Shown in pieces: positions 50,177-60,664 of a stretch of 64,000 nt of DNA. The position numbers and the translations under genes were made by a program. This DNA is from an uncultured bacterium (GTDB lineage Bacteria > Patescibacteriota > Saccharimonadia > UBA4664), in NCBI GenBank assembly GCA_963720265.1, contig CAVRET010000002.1:392704-456703 (forward strand). Reading direction: 5' to 3'. Every line of letters starts with the position of its first letter. The stretch's first letter is position 1. The notes under the pieces are model-generated. The model saw only the letters and a program-made list of their open reading frames with translations. It was not told the DNA's origin and ran no database searches.

Positions 50177-50836
50177 TTGAAAATAACTATGGAACAAAGT
50201 CCAAACACTCATACCTGGCCCGGCGCTTTCGGCGCCTTCAAACCGTCACGCGAAGCCGTCCGCAACAACCTCGGCACGCTCATCTGGTTAACGCTCATCA
50301 TCATTATTGTGGCAACCCTGCCCGACAGCCTGAGAAGCCAAAATCACCATGTAGTTTGGCCGGGTTGGCCATGGCTGCTTGCTGAAATCATAATTTGGCT
50401 CGTTAATTCCTGGCTGCAGGCGGCCCAGATCATTACCTATTTAAGCGGCGCTAAAGGGCAAAAAATCGGGCTTAGTGCAGCCACCGACGCGGCCCGGCCG
50501 GTCTTCCTTAAGCTGGCGGTAATGAATCTACTCACGGGTATACTGCTTGCTGTCTCATTTCTGCTGCTGATTGTTCCCTTCTTCTTTGTACTACCCAGGC
50601 TACAGCTTGCACCTTATTTCCTCATCAACCAAAAGCTCGGCATTATCGATGCTATTAAGGCTAGCTGGCACGATACCAAAGGCCACAGTGGGGAAGTGTG
50701 GGGGATAATTGGAGCCACGTTTCTCATGTTTTTGCCGGTGCTAACGATTATCGGCATTCCGTTTACGATCTACCTCGTCTTCATGTATCAAAATGCCCCC
50801 GCCTTGCTCTACAACCACATTAGAGAGGCCGCTTAA
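50177..50836 (+). CDS. Membrane protein
   Basis: 4-5 TM helices. Confidence 0.4.
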   Translation: MKITMEQSPNTHTWPGAFGAFKPSREAVRNNLGTLIWLTLIIIIVATLPDSLRSQNHHVVWPGWPWLLAEIIIWLVNSWLQAAQIITYLSGAKGQKIGLSAATDAARPVFLKLAVMNLLTGILLAVSFLLLIVPFFFVLPRLQLAPYFLINQKLGIIDAIKASWHDTKGHSGEVWGIIGATFLMFLPVLTIIGIPFTIYLVFMYQNAPALLYNHIREAA

Positions 50837-50859
50837 CGACCATTAATGGAGGGTAGCAA

Positions 50860-51510
50860 GGCCCTCTTTGCGCAAGGTCCGTCAGCACCAATCCACCGCA
50901 CCACTGCCATGAGTCTAATAACCTCCCAGAGACCCCTGGGCCTTTAGGCCAGGGATGAATGGGTCCGCTTAAGGCGGTAGCACCAAGGCTAAGTCGGATG
51001 GCGGTCAACCTTGGCGCTGGCGCCGACAGTCTGGCATGCTGGGTATGTGAAGTCAGGTAAAAAATATTATTCCGGTGCGCATACGCTATATCGCCTGCAA
51101 TTTCATATCGTCTGGATACCCAAGTACCGCAAAAGCATCCTGCGGGGCGAAGTCGCCACTGACCTGAAGCGATTATTCTTTCAGTGCGCAGAGATGAACG
51201 ACTGGTGGATTGAGCGGCTGGCAGTGATGCCCGACCACATTCATATGCTTATTGAACTACCTCCCAGCATCTCGGTGTCACAGGTAGTACAAATATTCAA
51301 AGGTGGCTCAAGTCGGGCTATCCGCCAGACGCATCCTGAACTGGAAGAATGGTTATGGGGAGATAGCTTCTGGGCGGATGGCTACTTCGCCGAGAGTGTT
51401 GGTCGTAACACGGAGCAGGCGATTAAACGGTATATCGAAAATCAATGGAAAGCTAAACCCAGCATGCCGCCCCAAGGAAGCCTCGGGCTTTAGCCCGAGG
51501 TGGTTCACTC
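50860..51510 (+). mobile_element. IS200-type insertion sequence (TnpA only) with sub-terminal hairpins
   Basis: TnpA CDS; imperfect palindrome cctgggcc-ttta-ggccaggg at ~50936-50955 and a perfect palindrome cctcgggc-ttta-gcccgagg at 51481-51500. The outer limits are approximate. Confidence 0.55.
51011..51493 (+). CDS. tnpA: IS200/IS605 family transposase TnpA (Y1 HUH)
   Basis: FHIVWIPKYRK and the HIHMLIELPP HuH motif; catalytic Tyr region WGDSFWADGYF. Confidence 0.85.
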   Translation: MALAPTVWHAGYVKSGKKYYSGAHTLYRLQFHIVWIPKYRKSILRGEVATDLKRLFFQCAEMNDWWIERLAVMPDHIHMLIELPPSISVSQVVQIFKGGSSRAIRQTHPELEEWLWGDSFWADGYFAESVGRNTEQAIKRYIENQWKAKPSMPPQGSLGL

Positions 51511-51537
51511 TGCGGCTGGCTGCTCTCATTCTGGCCC

Positions 51538-52284
51538 TTACTTTAATGTTGGTTCGCGCGCCCCGCCGACTGCGTCCTGTCCAAAAAATTGCAGATATTG
51601 CCGCCCGCCCAGGCCGTTACGTAGCGCCGCCCAGTAATGGCTAGCGCGCGGATTCTCGTAATAGGTGAGTTCACAATCGCTTGACCGCAGCCGTTCCAGC
51701 AGCTGCCGGGTATGACGATACTGCAAGAGACGGTCGCGCCGGGCAAGGTATAGCAGCACTTGTTTGCCTGTCATCTGACTAGCCAGGTTAAGCGGCGCAT
51801 AGGCATCAAAATTGCGATGCATGCCTACCTCACCGCCGCTCGCCTCAAGATACCGATCCCACACCGACCGCGGCACCAGCTTGAGTGCCGGCATTGCAAT
51901 AATGTGATCGGCCACATTACTATAGCTCAAATTCAGCACCACCTTCGTAACTTCCAGATGCCGAGCGGCCAGATTGATCGCAAAATTTGTCCCCATACTC
52001 GTTCCAAAGGCGTAGAACTCGCGCACCCCGTCCACATTGTATGCCCGCAGGCGCGACGCAGCATCGCCCAGAATAGCCTCAAACCGCCCAAGGGTCACCT
52101 GCGCGCTCACGGTGGCGATGGTTGCATCATAGTCATACACCACGACTCGGTATCCGGCTCGCACCAGCCGCCACACCGGCAGCCCCGGCAACGCCGCCTG
52201 CCAGCTGGGAATGTTAAACGGGCAAAAGAAAAACACCACCGGCCCAGCTCCCCGGCCATACACTTTAACTCTGAATGCCTGCAT
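51538..52284 (-). CDS. Alpha/beta hydrolase
   Basis: GTSMG nucleophile elbow. Confidence 0.5.
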   Translation of the reverse strand: MQAFRVKVYGRGAGPVVFFFCPFNIPSWQAALPGLPVWRLVRAGYRVVVYDYDATIATVSAQVTLGRFEAILGDAASRLRAYNVDGVREFYAFGTSMGTNFAINLAARHLEVTKVVLNLSYSNVADHIIAMPALKLVPRSVWDRYLEASGGEVGMHRNFDAYAPLNLASQMTGKQVLLYLARRDRLLQYRHTRQLLERLRSSDCELTYYENPRASHYWAALRNGLGGRQYLQFFGQDAVGGAREPTLK

Positions 52285-52372
52285 ATGCCCAGCATAGTAC
52301 AGGTTTACTTAGCGAAAAGCTATGTTATAATAATAAATAACCAAGACACACCGACTAACCTGCGAGAAACAC

Positions 52373-53113
52373 ATGTCCGGACACTCCAAGTGGGCTTCCA
52401 TCAAGCACCAAAAAGGCATCAAAGACGCCCGCCGCGGCGCCAGCTTTACCAAATTCGCCAACCTCATTTCAGTCGCGGCCAGGGCCGGCGGCGACCCAGC
52501 CACCAACTTTAAACTCCGCCTAGTTGTCGACACGGCCAAAAAAGCCGGCGTACCCAACTCCAACATTGAGCGCGCCATTAAACGTGGCGCCGGCCTTGAC
52601 GGCGGCGGCATTTTCGAAGAAGTCACCTACGAGGGTTATGGTCCCGGCGGTGTCGCTGTAATGGTCGAAACTGCTACCGACAATCGCAACCGCACGGCGC
52701 CGGAAGTCCGTTCCGCCTTCACCAAGCACGGCGGCTCGCTCGGCACCGTTGGCTCGGTGGCTTACCAGTTCACCCAGCGGGGTGTGATTGTCATTCCGAC
52801 CACCGACCTCGAGTCCGCCACGTTTGCCGCCATCGAAGCCGGGGCCGACGACGTCGAAGAGGGCGACGGCGAGCTCATCGTTTACACCAAGCCGACCGAA
52901 CTCGAGGCTGTCCGCAAAGCCCTTGCGGTCACGGGTTACGAGCCCACTAAGGCCGAGCTTTCGTTTGAGCCCGCAACCACCATTTCCATAACCGACCCTG
53001 ACATTGCCAAAAAACTCGTCCGCCTCATGGACGCCCTCGATGACCTCGACGACGTCACCGCAACCTACGCCAATTTCGACATCGCCCCCGAGCTCATGGA
53101 GCAACTAGCGTAG
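52373..53113 (+). CDS. yebC: YebC/PmpR family DNA-binding regulator
   Basis: MSGHSKWASIKHQKG N-terminus. Confidence 0.9.
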   Translation: MSGHSKWASIKHQKGIKDARRGASFTKFANLISVAARAGGDPATNFKLRLVVDTAKKAGVPNSNIERAIKRGAGLDGGGIFEEVTYEGYGPGGVAVMVETATDNRNRTAPEVRSAFTKHGGSLGTVGSVAYQFTQRGVIVIPTTDLESATFAAIEAGADDVEEGDGELIVYTKPTELEAVRKALAVTGYEPTKAELSFEPATTISITDPDIAKKLVRLMDALDDLDDVTATYANFDIAPELMEQLA

Positions 53114-53218
53114 CGGCCTATATTATTTGACATTATACTAAAAATAGTTTAATATATACAAAGGCCACAAAGACATACCGCTTGCTACCTCCCCAGGCTC
53201 ACACAGGAAGGGGTCCAT

Positions 53219-53602
53219 GTGGACATGCACCAACCGGCGGCTAGCCGGCATGAGTGGAAAGAGGAGTTTGGCGAACTGATGTTCAGGATCGTCGGAGACG
53301 CCTATGGTCGCCTCCCGGACGAGTCCGACGACGCGGATATCCGCAGAGCGACCGAAGAGGCCGTGGATGCGGCCAACGCAGCCGGTCGGATCGGCTGGGA
53401 TACCGTCAAGGCTGGCGTTCTGCCCTGGACTGAGCCCGGCAACATCTACACGAACGCCGACGCGGCGAAGTACCTGCCGACGGGATTCCGCGACCAAGTC
53501 GTGGCGCTGCCGAATGGCATGCCCGCCGACATCGCATCATGCCGTGAGATCCTCGTCCTGGCGGCTTCGCTGTTTCTAGAACCAAACGTCTTGATAAGAT
53601 AA
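53219..53602 (+). CDS. Hypothetical protein
   Basis: ORF downstream of an AT-rich promoter-like region (ttgaca at ~53140). Confidence 0.3.
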   Translation: MDMHQPAASRHEWKEEFGELMFRIVGDAYGRLPDESDDADIRRATEEAVDAANAAGRIGWDTVKAGVLPWTEPGNIYTNADAAKYLPTGFRDQVVALPNGMPADIASCREILVLAASLFLEPNVLIR

Positions 53603-53606
53603 TCTC

Positions 53607-54083
53607 ATGAGAATTCTCGGCATTGATCCCGGCACGGCCACCACCGGCTTCGGCGTCATTGAGTACGAGCGCGGCCGTTTCACCTTCATTGACGCCGGTG
53701 TCATTACCACCCTGCCGAACGAACCCATGCCAAACCGCCTCGTTACGCTCTACACCGAGCTGACCGAAGTCATTCGCACCGTCCAGCCGGACCAGGCCGC
53801 CGTTGAGCAACTCTTTTTTGCTACCAACGTCACCACCGCCATTAGTGTCGGCCAGGCCCGCGGTGTCATTCTTCTTGCCTTAGCCGAAGCCGGCCTCATC
53901 CCGGCCGAATACACGCCCATGCAAATAAAGCAGGCCGTTACCGGCTACGGTGGCGCCAAAAAGCCGCAAATTCAGGCCATGGTGGCGCGCTTATTAAAGC
54001 TTCGGGTTATACCCAAGCCCGACGACGCCGCAGACGCCCTCGCCGCCGCCATTACCCACGCCGGGCGCGGGCAGACGGCTTAG
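53607..54083 (+). CDS. ruvC: Holliday junction resolvase RuvC
   Basis: MRILGIDPGTATTGFGVI; 158 aa. Confidence 0.9.
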   Translation: MRILGIDPGTATTGFGVIEYERGRFTFIDAGVITTLPNEPMPNRLVTLYTELTEVIRTVQPDQAAVEQLFFATNVTTAISVGQARGVILLALAEAGLIPAEYTPMQIKQAVTGYGGAKKPQIQAMVARLLKLRVIPKPDDAADALAAAITHAGRGQTA

Positions 54084-55710
54084 TGTAGAGCTTGTCATAA
54101 TAATCGTCCAGCATGCGGTGGGCCGTAAACTGTTGCTCCATCAGCTCCAGCGCCGCTCGTAGCTTTATCAGCCATGCCTCCGGTAGTCCATCCTTACCCC
54201 GTTCATAAAACAGCGGCGCCACATTATGCTCAAGTAGTTCATACAGCGCCTCGGCCGAATCCTCCTCCGGCAACACCCAGCCGATGCGGTCGCCTTCGAT
54301 CTCGTCAAACCAACCGTCCGAGGTAGAGAGCTGAACTGCGCCGTTCAAACTCGCCTTCATACCCGATGTCCCGCACGCCTCCATGCCCCGGATCGGCGTG
54401 TTGAGCCACAGGTCGGCCCCGCCGGCCAACCACTTGGTAGTGTCGGTTACATAGTGCGGCCAATACACCAGCCGCCCGCCAAATTGCTCATGCTGCACCG
54501 CCGCCGTAATTGCTTCCGCCGCCGCCATTCCCTCTACGTCGCTCTCGTTGGCATTACCGGAAATAATAATTTGCATCGGCCGCTTAGCATCGCCCAGCAA
54601 TTTGCCCAACCGCACTAGGTCGTTCAGTAGCAGCGTTGGCCGCTTGTAGGCCGCAAACCGGCGTGCCCACACTACCGTCAGTCGTTCGGGGTCAAGCTCC
54701 GTGCCAAGTTCCCGATTAATGTGTGCCACCATACCGGCCCGATTCTCTTCATGCATCTGCCACAGCGCGGTGTCAGCGGTCTTGCGGTCGCGTTCGCCGA
54801 GGTTGTGGTGCTGCCAGCGCGGTGCGTACACTCCGTTGGTAATCGGAATGAGCCGGCTGTGAGGGTGCGCTGCCCGCTCAGCCACGCAATGCATCGCGCT
54901 GACGCCGTTGGCCGTCCGGGCGGTCGCAAGCAACAGACGGGTCGTCGAAAACGTCTCCGGTGACTCCGGCATGCAGCCCGCTTCAAACAATTCTTCAGCC
55001 GAAAAACCGGCCCGTTCCAGCACGCCGCCAAACAATTCCCTAAGTACCCCCAGCTCGGCAAAATCACCGGCGCCGGGCAAAATCGTATGCTTGGTTGCTA
55101 CTATCTGCGGACTCACAGCCGAAAGCACCTTAGCCAACGGCGCGCGCGGATGATGCCCGGCTTCCTTCAGCGCCAGTGCCACGGTTACGAGCGCCATGTG
55201 TCCCTCGTTCAAATGGTACACATCCGGCTTAATATCGAGCGCCTCAAGCACTTTCAAACTCGCCACCGCCAACAAAAACTGCTGCTGCAAGCGGGTGCGC
55301 AAGTCTGGGTCGTACAAATTGGCCATTAAATTACGGTTAATCGCCGCATTGGGCGGAAAATCCGTATCAAGTAGCAGCAGCCTCGCCGACGCCCCAAACC
55401 GCCGCTCCCACACGCGCACATCCGCCTCCCAGGTCGCGAACTCAACCGACACAACCAGCGGCTGGTCGTCAGCTGCCTGGACCAGGTGAAAGCCATGCTC
55501 AGCTAATTGTTGATCAAGCGGTGTATCGTGGCTCGTGTGTACGGCTACGTTATGCCGATAGGCCGGTCCAAACGCCACCAGCTCCCGGCCGTCATCACCC
55601 GCTTGTCGCACCAGATCGCCGGCTAATACGCCGAGGCCCCCGGCATACGTCGGCAGCGCGTCAGAGATTGCATATTCGGCGCTGTAATAAGCCACCACCG
55701 GCTGTTTCAT
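54052..55710 (-). CDS. glgP: Alpha-glucan (glycogen/maltodextrin) phosphorylase, short GT35 form
   Basis: EACGTSGMKASLNGAVQLSTSDGW is the PLP-Lys motif. Confidence 0.85.
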   Translation of the reverse strand: MKQPVVAYYSAEYAISDALPTYAGGLGVLAGDLVRQAGDDGRELVAFGPAYRHNVAVHTSHDTPLDQQLAEHGFHLVQAADDQPLVVSVEFATWEADVRVWERRFGASARLLLLDTDFPPNAAINRNLMANLYDPDLRTRLQQQFLLAVASLKVLEALDIKPDVYHLNEGHMALVTVALALKEAGHHPRAPLAKVLSAVSPQIVATKHTILPGAGDFAELGVLRELFGGVLERAGFSAEELFEAGCMPESPETFSTTRLLLATARTANGVSAMHCVAERAAHPHSRLIPITNGVYAPRWQHHNLGERDRKTADTALWQMHEENRAGMVAHINRELGTELDPERLTVVWARRFAAYKRPTLLLNDLVRLGKLLGDAKRPMQIIISGNANESDVEGMAAAEAITAAVQHEQFGGRLVYWPHYVTDTTKWLAGGADLWLNTPIRGMEACGTSGMKASLNGAVQLSTSDGWFDEIEGDRIGWVLPEEDSAEALYELLEHNVAPLFYERGKDGLPEAWLIKLRAALELMEQQFTAHRMLDDYYDKLYTKPSARARRG

Positions 55711-56693
55711 AATGTCTCCTTTATCTCATCATACTGCACCATACCCCATGCCTGTCTCTCGAGCACCGCTATCGCCGCTCTTCGCTCAGCTTCAGGCTCT
55801 GCCCGCGACCAATACAAATAGTCCAAATTACCAAACACCTGCAATAAAGCCTCAAGGTGCCAAAGATGTTCATCCAAAGCTGTCGCGATGAGTTCTTTTC
55901 GCTTCAATAACGCCATAAATTCCGACTGCCAAGCAGTCTGCGCATAACCTCGGACCCACAGCGCGGCCACATCCTCCAGTGCGTGTGAAGTCCGGGCGCC
56001 TTCCCAGTCGATCAAGCTCGGCCGCCCGTCTGTCACAAAGATATGCGGCGGAAACACCTGGCTATGCATAATCGTTGTCGGACTGTCATCGTACAATCTT
56101 TGCCGTGCCATCGCGTATGATCGCACCGCCGCGGCCAGCTCTCGGAGCCGCTCATGCGGGGTCAGGACATGCACAGACGCCAACCTGGCCGCAAGTGATA
56201 GGCGGTCGGCCCCCGGTAACAACCGCAGGTGGGCGAGTAGCTTTGGCGCCATCCGCTGATAGCTTAAGATGTAATCCACGACGGTCCCAGCCTGATCGCC
56301 CTGAAAAAACTCCGGCTCAAACAGAAATGGGCCGTCGCAGGCTGCCAAGCTTCGTCCAGGCACCAATGTCCGCAATAACCAGCTGGGCCGTGTGTCCGAC
56401 CACGCCACTAGCCGGGCTATATCGCCCTGGAGCTCCCCGGCTGCTTCGCCCAGCAAACGCGTCATGGCGATCTCCACCCGCAACTGGTCGGACGGCCAGA
56501 AAGTCTGACCACTAAATCCATCCTGCCATGGCTCGTCATTGATAACGGTCTTGAGCACCAGCACTTCTTTGCCCCTGCGGACCCGGCCCACCCAATAACG
56601 CGGGCCGTGGCGGTAAACCCGCTCCACTACCAAGTCCTGGTCTGCCAGAATCGCCTCCGGAACTAGCTGGCCCTGGAAAGCCCGACGTCTCAT
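55707..56693 (-). CDS. APH-like phosphotransferase (possible maltokinase-like kinase)
   Basis: HSQVFPPHIFV...LIDWEGA, a kinase catalytic-loop-like segment; lies inside the glycogen operon. Confidence 0.45.
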   Translation of the reverse strand: MRRRAFQGQLVPEAILADQDLVVERVYRHGPRYWVGRVRRGKEVLVLKTVINDEPWQDGFSGQTFWPSDQLRVEIAMTRLLGEAAGELQGDIARLVAWSDTRPSWLLRTLVPGRSLAACDGPFLFEPEFFQGDQAGTVVDYILSYQRMAPKLLAHLRLLPGADRLSLAARLASVHVLTPHERLRELAAAVRSYAMARQRLYDDSPTTIMHSQVFPPHIFVTDGRPSLIDWEGARTSHALEDVAALWVRGYAQTAWQSEFMALLKRKELIATALDEHLWHLEALLQVFGNLDYLYWSRAEPEAERRAAIAVLERQAWGMVQYDEIKETL

Positions 56694-57583
56694 ACTGCCT
56701 GTTGGCCGACCGGTGGATGACCGGCTGGCTTACCTTGGGTGAGCCACTGCCGCAGACCGGCATAAGCCGCATTCACTACCCGCTCCGGCTCAATGCCGGC
56801 CGCCGCCAGCTCGTGGACAAATTCGGTCAAGGCATTTGGCCGTCCCTGTTCCAGGGCGCGCCACAACGCCACAAACTGCTGTAATTGGTCGGTTGTATGT
56901 AGATCCTCGCCAATAAACACGACGGCTTTCGAAGCCCCGAGCTGCCATAGCCAATGCCTCCACGCCATCCGGGCCGCCGGCTGCAACCGCCAAAAACTAT
57001 TAAAATTCACCTCCACCGCCGTACCAGTATCAGCCGCCCAGGTAAACACCTGCGTCCAATCCACTGCTCCCAAAGCCTCAATATTGCGTAGGGGATGTCC
57101 CAAAATATCGATCACGCTATCACGGCAAGCTATCTCGAACATCTGCATGATTGCCGCTGGGTCCTCAGCGGTTATGTCCGGCAGACGGTGGCGCGAACCA
57201 ATCACAACCGGGCAACGCGCGGCCAATTCAGCTGTGAGATCGGTGTGGCCGTCCCGCAGCAAGCTCACCTCCAGGCCAAACATTACCGGCACACCCTGGA
57301 CCGACTCTCGGCGACGGCGATGGAGCAGCAGACGTGTACGCCAATTGAAGCGACCCAAGCGGTGTGGCGCGGCCGGATTGGACGAATGTTCGTTGAACAA
57401 AATATAGCCGAGCGGCGACTCCGGCCGGCCGCACAGGCCCGCACCGATCAAGGTTCGTACGACCGCTGACACATGTAGGTTGCTCTCGGCATGGCCGGGG
57501 TAATTGGATAATTTCGTGTGCACATGTGCAAGTCCACCAAAATACCTGCGCACAAGAACCTCATCACTGTCCCGCTCTGGCAT
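56690..57583 (-). CDS. PHP-domain phosphoesterase
   Basis: The GGLAHVHTKLSNYPGH N-terminal PHP motif. Confidence 0.5.
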   Translation of the reverse strand: MPERDSDEVLVRRYFGGLAHVHTKLSNYPGHAESNLHVSAVVRTLIGAGLCGRPESPLGYILFNEHSSNPAAPHRLGRFNWRTRLLLHRRRRESVQGVPVMFGLEVSLLRDGHTDLTAELAARCPVVIGSRHRLPDITAEDPAAIMQMFEIACRDSVIDILGHPLRNIEALGAVDWTQVFTWAADTGTAVEVNFNSFWRLQPAARMAWRHWLWQLGASKAVVFIGEDLHTTDQLQQFVALWRALEQGRPNALTEFVHELAAAGIEPERVVNAAYAGLRQWLTQGKPAGHPPVGQQAV

Positions 57584-57584
57584 A

Positions 57585-59111
57585 CTAGTTACTCCGCTGC
57601 TCCACCTGGCCCCCGCGGATATGGTCGTACTTAGCCTTATACTTCGCCAACCTCTGCTCCCATTTGCCTTCGGGCAAGCGCGCTTTCAAGCGGTCAATGA
57701 TATAGGTCGGACTATGAAGATCGATGACATACAGGGCGTCATAGATATCAAGCTTATGCTCCAGCTTGTACCAACCGTCACGCCACAAAATCGCGGCCTC
57801 GTAGTCACCGCGCTGCGCCGCCGCCAGTTCCTCCTCATGCAGAAGGGCCTTAAAGGCTTCCCACGTCGGCCGGTCGCCGGCCTCCAGTGTCATCTCCTTA
57901 AACGGTATCCGCACCGCCCCAGCCCGTGCTCGCCGCATTTCACCCGTGAGCTCATCAAGTTTACCTGTCCGCTGCCAGTCCCAGGCCAGCGCCATGATGC
58001 GTTGATACAAGTCCAAACCCTGCGCCGCGGCCCGATTATGGCCGTCCGGTAACCCTTGCAGAACCGCGAGCAGCCCATGAGCGCCCCGTTCGATATGTTC
58101 GATCATCCACCAGGGCCTGGCGGCCGCCCAAAAAAATTGATCAGACGCCACTGCCGGGTCCAATTGCGCCCGCAGCTTCGCATAGGCCGCCGCCCGGTGC
58201 GATAACGCCTCCACCTCCGCGACAGCTAGTCGCAAGAGTTGCCACTGCAGCTGGTGAATCTCGTTATCGGGATCATTCCACGAAATAAACTGAATACCAC
58301 GGGCGATATCATCCGCGCTCGACGCCCACGTACATGCCACTGTCGGCACCTCTTGAACATCAGGGAAGCGGTCAATAACGCCGCTCACCAGTAGCGTCTC
58401 AAGCGCAGGATCGCGCCACAGCGCCAGCAATAACTGTTCGTGGCCAACCCGGTGGTGACCGAAGGTTTCACCGTCCATGCCGGTGATCACATACCGGCCG
58501 GCCGCAAACTCCTCCTTTGCCGCGCGCTTCAACGCCTGCGCTTCACGAATCGCGGCCGACATCAATGCCGCGCTCAGCCGGTGCTGGCGAAATACGGCTT
58601 TCAGGCCGGTACCTTGCACCCGGTATATTTTTGTGTAATCAACCTGCCCCACCTGCCCGTCATACGCCAGCTCATCGAGCAGCACCCACTCAAAACCAAC
58701 TGCCTCAAGCATTGGCGCAAGCTCGGGCGACCACGCCATTTCCGGCAAAAAGATCCCTCTCGGCTGATACAGCTCACCAAAATAATGCCGGCTCGTATCA
58801 TTGTTGATCTCAACCTGGCGCTTTGCCTCTTCCGGGCTGAGCAGTGGCAAAATCGTATGGAATTTGGCTGATCCCACGAGCTCTACTTGGCCGCGTCGCA
58901 CGCCCTCTGCATAGAGCTCAATCACATCTTGATGGCCATACTGAGCCAGTAAATCCAGCAATACGCCGGTAAAGTTAATAGTCACCCTGGCGCGTGGATT
59001 TGCGAGTATCCCTGCGCCAATTGGCCGATAGCATTGCTCCACAATGGCATCGATAATTTCGCGCTTTTGTCCGTAGGGCTGATAAAAGTGCAAAACATTC
59101 GCCCACGCCAT
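57585..59111 (-). CDS. GH57-family alpha-glucan-active enzyme (branching enzyme/amylase-like)
   Basis: VLHFYQPYGQ resembles the GH57 LHxHxPY N-terminus; ~500 aa; sits between glgA and glgP. Confidence 0.5.
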   Translation of the reverse strand: MAWANVLHFYQPYGQKREIIDAIVEQCYRPIGAGILANPRARVTINFTGVLLDLLAQYGHQDVIELYAEGVRRGQVELVGSAKFHTILPLLSPEEAKRQVEINNDTSRHYFGELYQPRGIFLPEMAWSPELAPMLEAVGFEWVLLDELAYDGQVGQVDYTKIYRVQGTGLKAVFRQHRLSAALMSAAIREAQALKRAAKEEFAAGRYVITGMDGETFGHHRVGHEQLLLALWRDPALETLLVSGVIDRFPDVQEVPTVACTWASSADDIARGIQFISWNDPDNEIHQLQWQLLRLAVAEVEALSHRAAAYAKLRAQLDPAVASDQFFWAAARPWWMIEHIERGAHGLLAVLQGLPDGHNRAAAQGLDLYQRIMALAWDWQRTGKLDELTGEMRRARAGAVRIPFKEMTLEAGDRPTWEAFKALLHEEELAAAQRGDYEAAILWRDGWYKLEHKLDIYDALYVIDLHSPTYIIDRLKARLPEGKWEQRLAKYKAKYDHIRGGQVEQRSN

Positions 59112-59113
59112 GG

Positions 59114-60664
59114 CTACAACACTCGCTGCCGGTACGCCGACGGCGGATTAAGTGCTGTAGCCTCTTTGCGGTAGTCAATTGTACGGCCGTACAAGTCTAC
59201 ATATTGCCGCGCCACGTGATCCCAGCTAAAGTCTTGCTCCATGGCCCGCCGCACAATACCCAGCCACGATTCTTTCCGCTGATAGGTCATAAGTGCTCGC
59301 ACCATTGCCACTAAAAAGCTCTTGTCGGCGAAATTCTTAAACGCGAACCCTGTACCGCTCTCGCTCGCTGAGTTGTAATCTTCCACAATGTCGGCCAGAC
59401 CCCCGACCGCCCGCACAATCGGCACGCAGCCGTAGCGCATGGCCTCAATTGCCACAATGCCGCCCGGCTCATAATAACTGGGCATGAGAATCATATCGGC
59501 CCCGGCGAAAATCTTCCTCGGCATCATAAAGTCAGCCATCAGGTGCGTGCCCACGCGGCCGCCGTATTGGTGCTCCAGGCCCTCAAAAAAGCCTAAGTAC
59601 CGACCGTCACACGGGCCGCACACCACCAGCTGCACATTAAACTCGTCAAGCACAAACTCCATGGTCTCGCGTATGAGGTCCATGCCTTTTTGTTGGTCAA
59701 TCCGCCCCTCAATCGCGAAGATTGGTACACTGGGGTCCAAGTTAAGGTCAAACTCGCGCTGCAAAGCCAGCTTGTTAGCCGCCCGCGCATCAAGGTCCTC
59801 AAGCGAAAAGTTCTGCTTAATCAGTGTGTCGGTGGCCGGGTCAAAGTCAGTGTAATCCAGCCCGTTTAAAATCCCACTGGTCTTCCCGCGAAGCTCGCGA
59901 AACAGCTTGTGCAAGCCCCCGCCGTACTTTTCGTCCAGCAGCTCACGGGCATACTTTTCACTCACAGTGTTAATCCGGTCGGCGTGCATCACGCCCCGCT
60001 TGAGTGCATTTTGCCTCACGAAACGCTCGCCAAAAAATGGCGCCAGCTCGCTCTTGCCGTCATCAAAGTCCATTTCACTGGCCCGGTTGTAATCAAAATT
60101 GCCCTGGTAGGTATTGTGCACACTCATGAGTGCCGCTATCCGCGCTAGCCGCGGGTTTGTATCGCGCTCGGCGGCCAGCATATTTACGAGATAACCGGTG
60201 TGCCAATCATTGCAATGCACCACATCCGGCACGAACTCGCCGCGCTTAATAAATTCAAGCGCCGCGCGGCTTAGCAGCCCAAAGCGGATATGGTCGTCCG
60301 AGTACCCGTAGACGTTGTTCCGCAACTCGTAGTATTCCATGTTCTCAACGAAATAAACCCTCAGCGGGTCGCCGTTATTAAGCGTCGTCACCTTCACGTT
60401 GCAAATCAACTTTTCCGGCCCGCGTTTCGGGTCAGTCTCGCCGGTCGGCACTTCCATGCCTTCCATGAGCATGGCCAGGTCAAAATTTTGATCAATCTGC
60501 GTGCCGTATTTCGGGGTAAAAATGCGCACATCCACCCCCTGACGAAGCAAGGCGTGCGGCAAGAAATACGACACCTGGCTTAAGCCCCCCTGCCGGGAGA
60601 ACGGTGCTACTTCGGCTGAGACAAACAAAACCTTGAGCGGCTCTTCTGCGCCCTTTGCCATCAC
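59114..60664 (-). CDS. glgA: Glycogen synthase (GT5 GlgA-like)
   Basis: LKVLFVSAEVAPFSRQGGLSQV...; starch-synthase catalytic domain plus GT1 C-terminus. Confidence 0.85.
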   Translation of the reverse strand: MMAKGAEEPLKVLFVSAEVAPFSRQGGLSQVSYFLPHALLRQGVDVRIFTPKYGTQIDQNFDLAMLMEGMEVPTGETDPKRGPEKLICNVKVTTLNNGDPLRVYFVENMEYYELRNNVYGYSDDHIRFGLLSRAALEFIKRGEFVPDVVHCNDWHTGYLVNMLAAERDTNPRLARIAALMSVHNTYQGNFDYNRASEMDFDDGKSELAPFFGERFVRQNALKRGVMHADRINTVSEKYARELLDEKYGGGLHKLFRELRGKTSGILNGLDYTDFDPATDTLIKQNFSLEDLDARAANKLALQREFDLNLDPSVPIFAIEGRIDQQKGMDLIRETMEFVLDEFNVQLVVCGPCDGRYLGFFEGLEHQYGGRVGTHLMADFMMPRKIFAGADMILMPSYYEPGGIVAIEAMRYGCVPIVRAVGGLADIVEDYNSASESGTGFAFKNFADKSFLVAMVRALMTYQRKESWLGIVRRAMEQDFSWDHVARQYVDLYGRTIDYRKEATALNPPSAYRQRVL

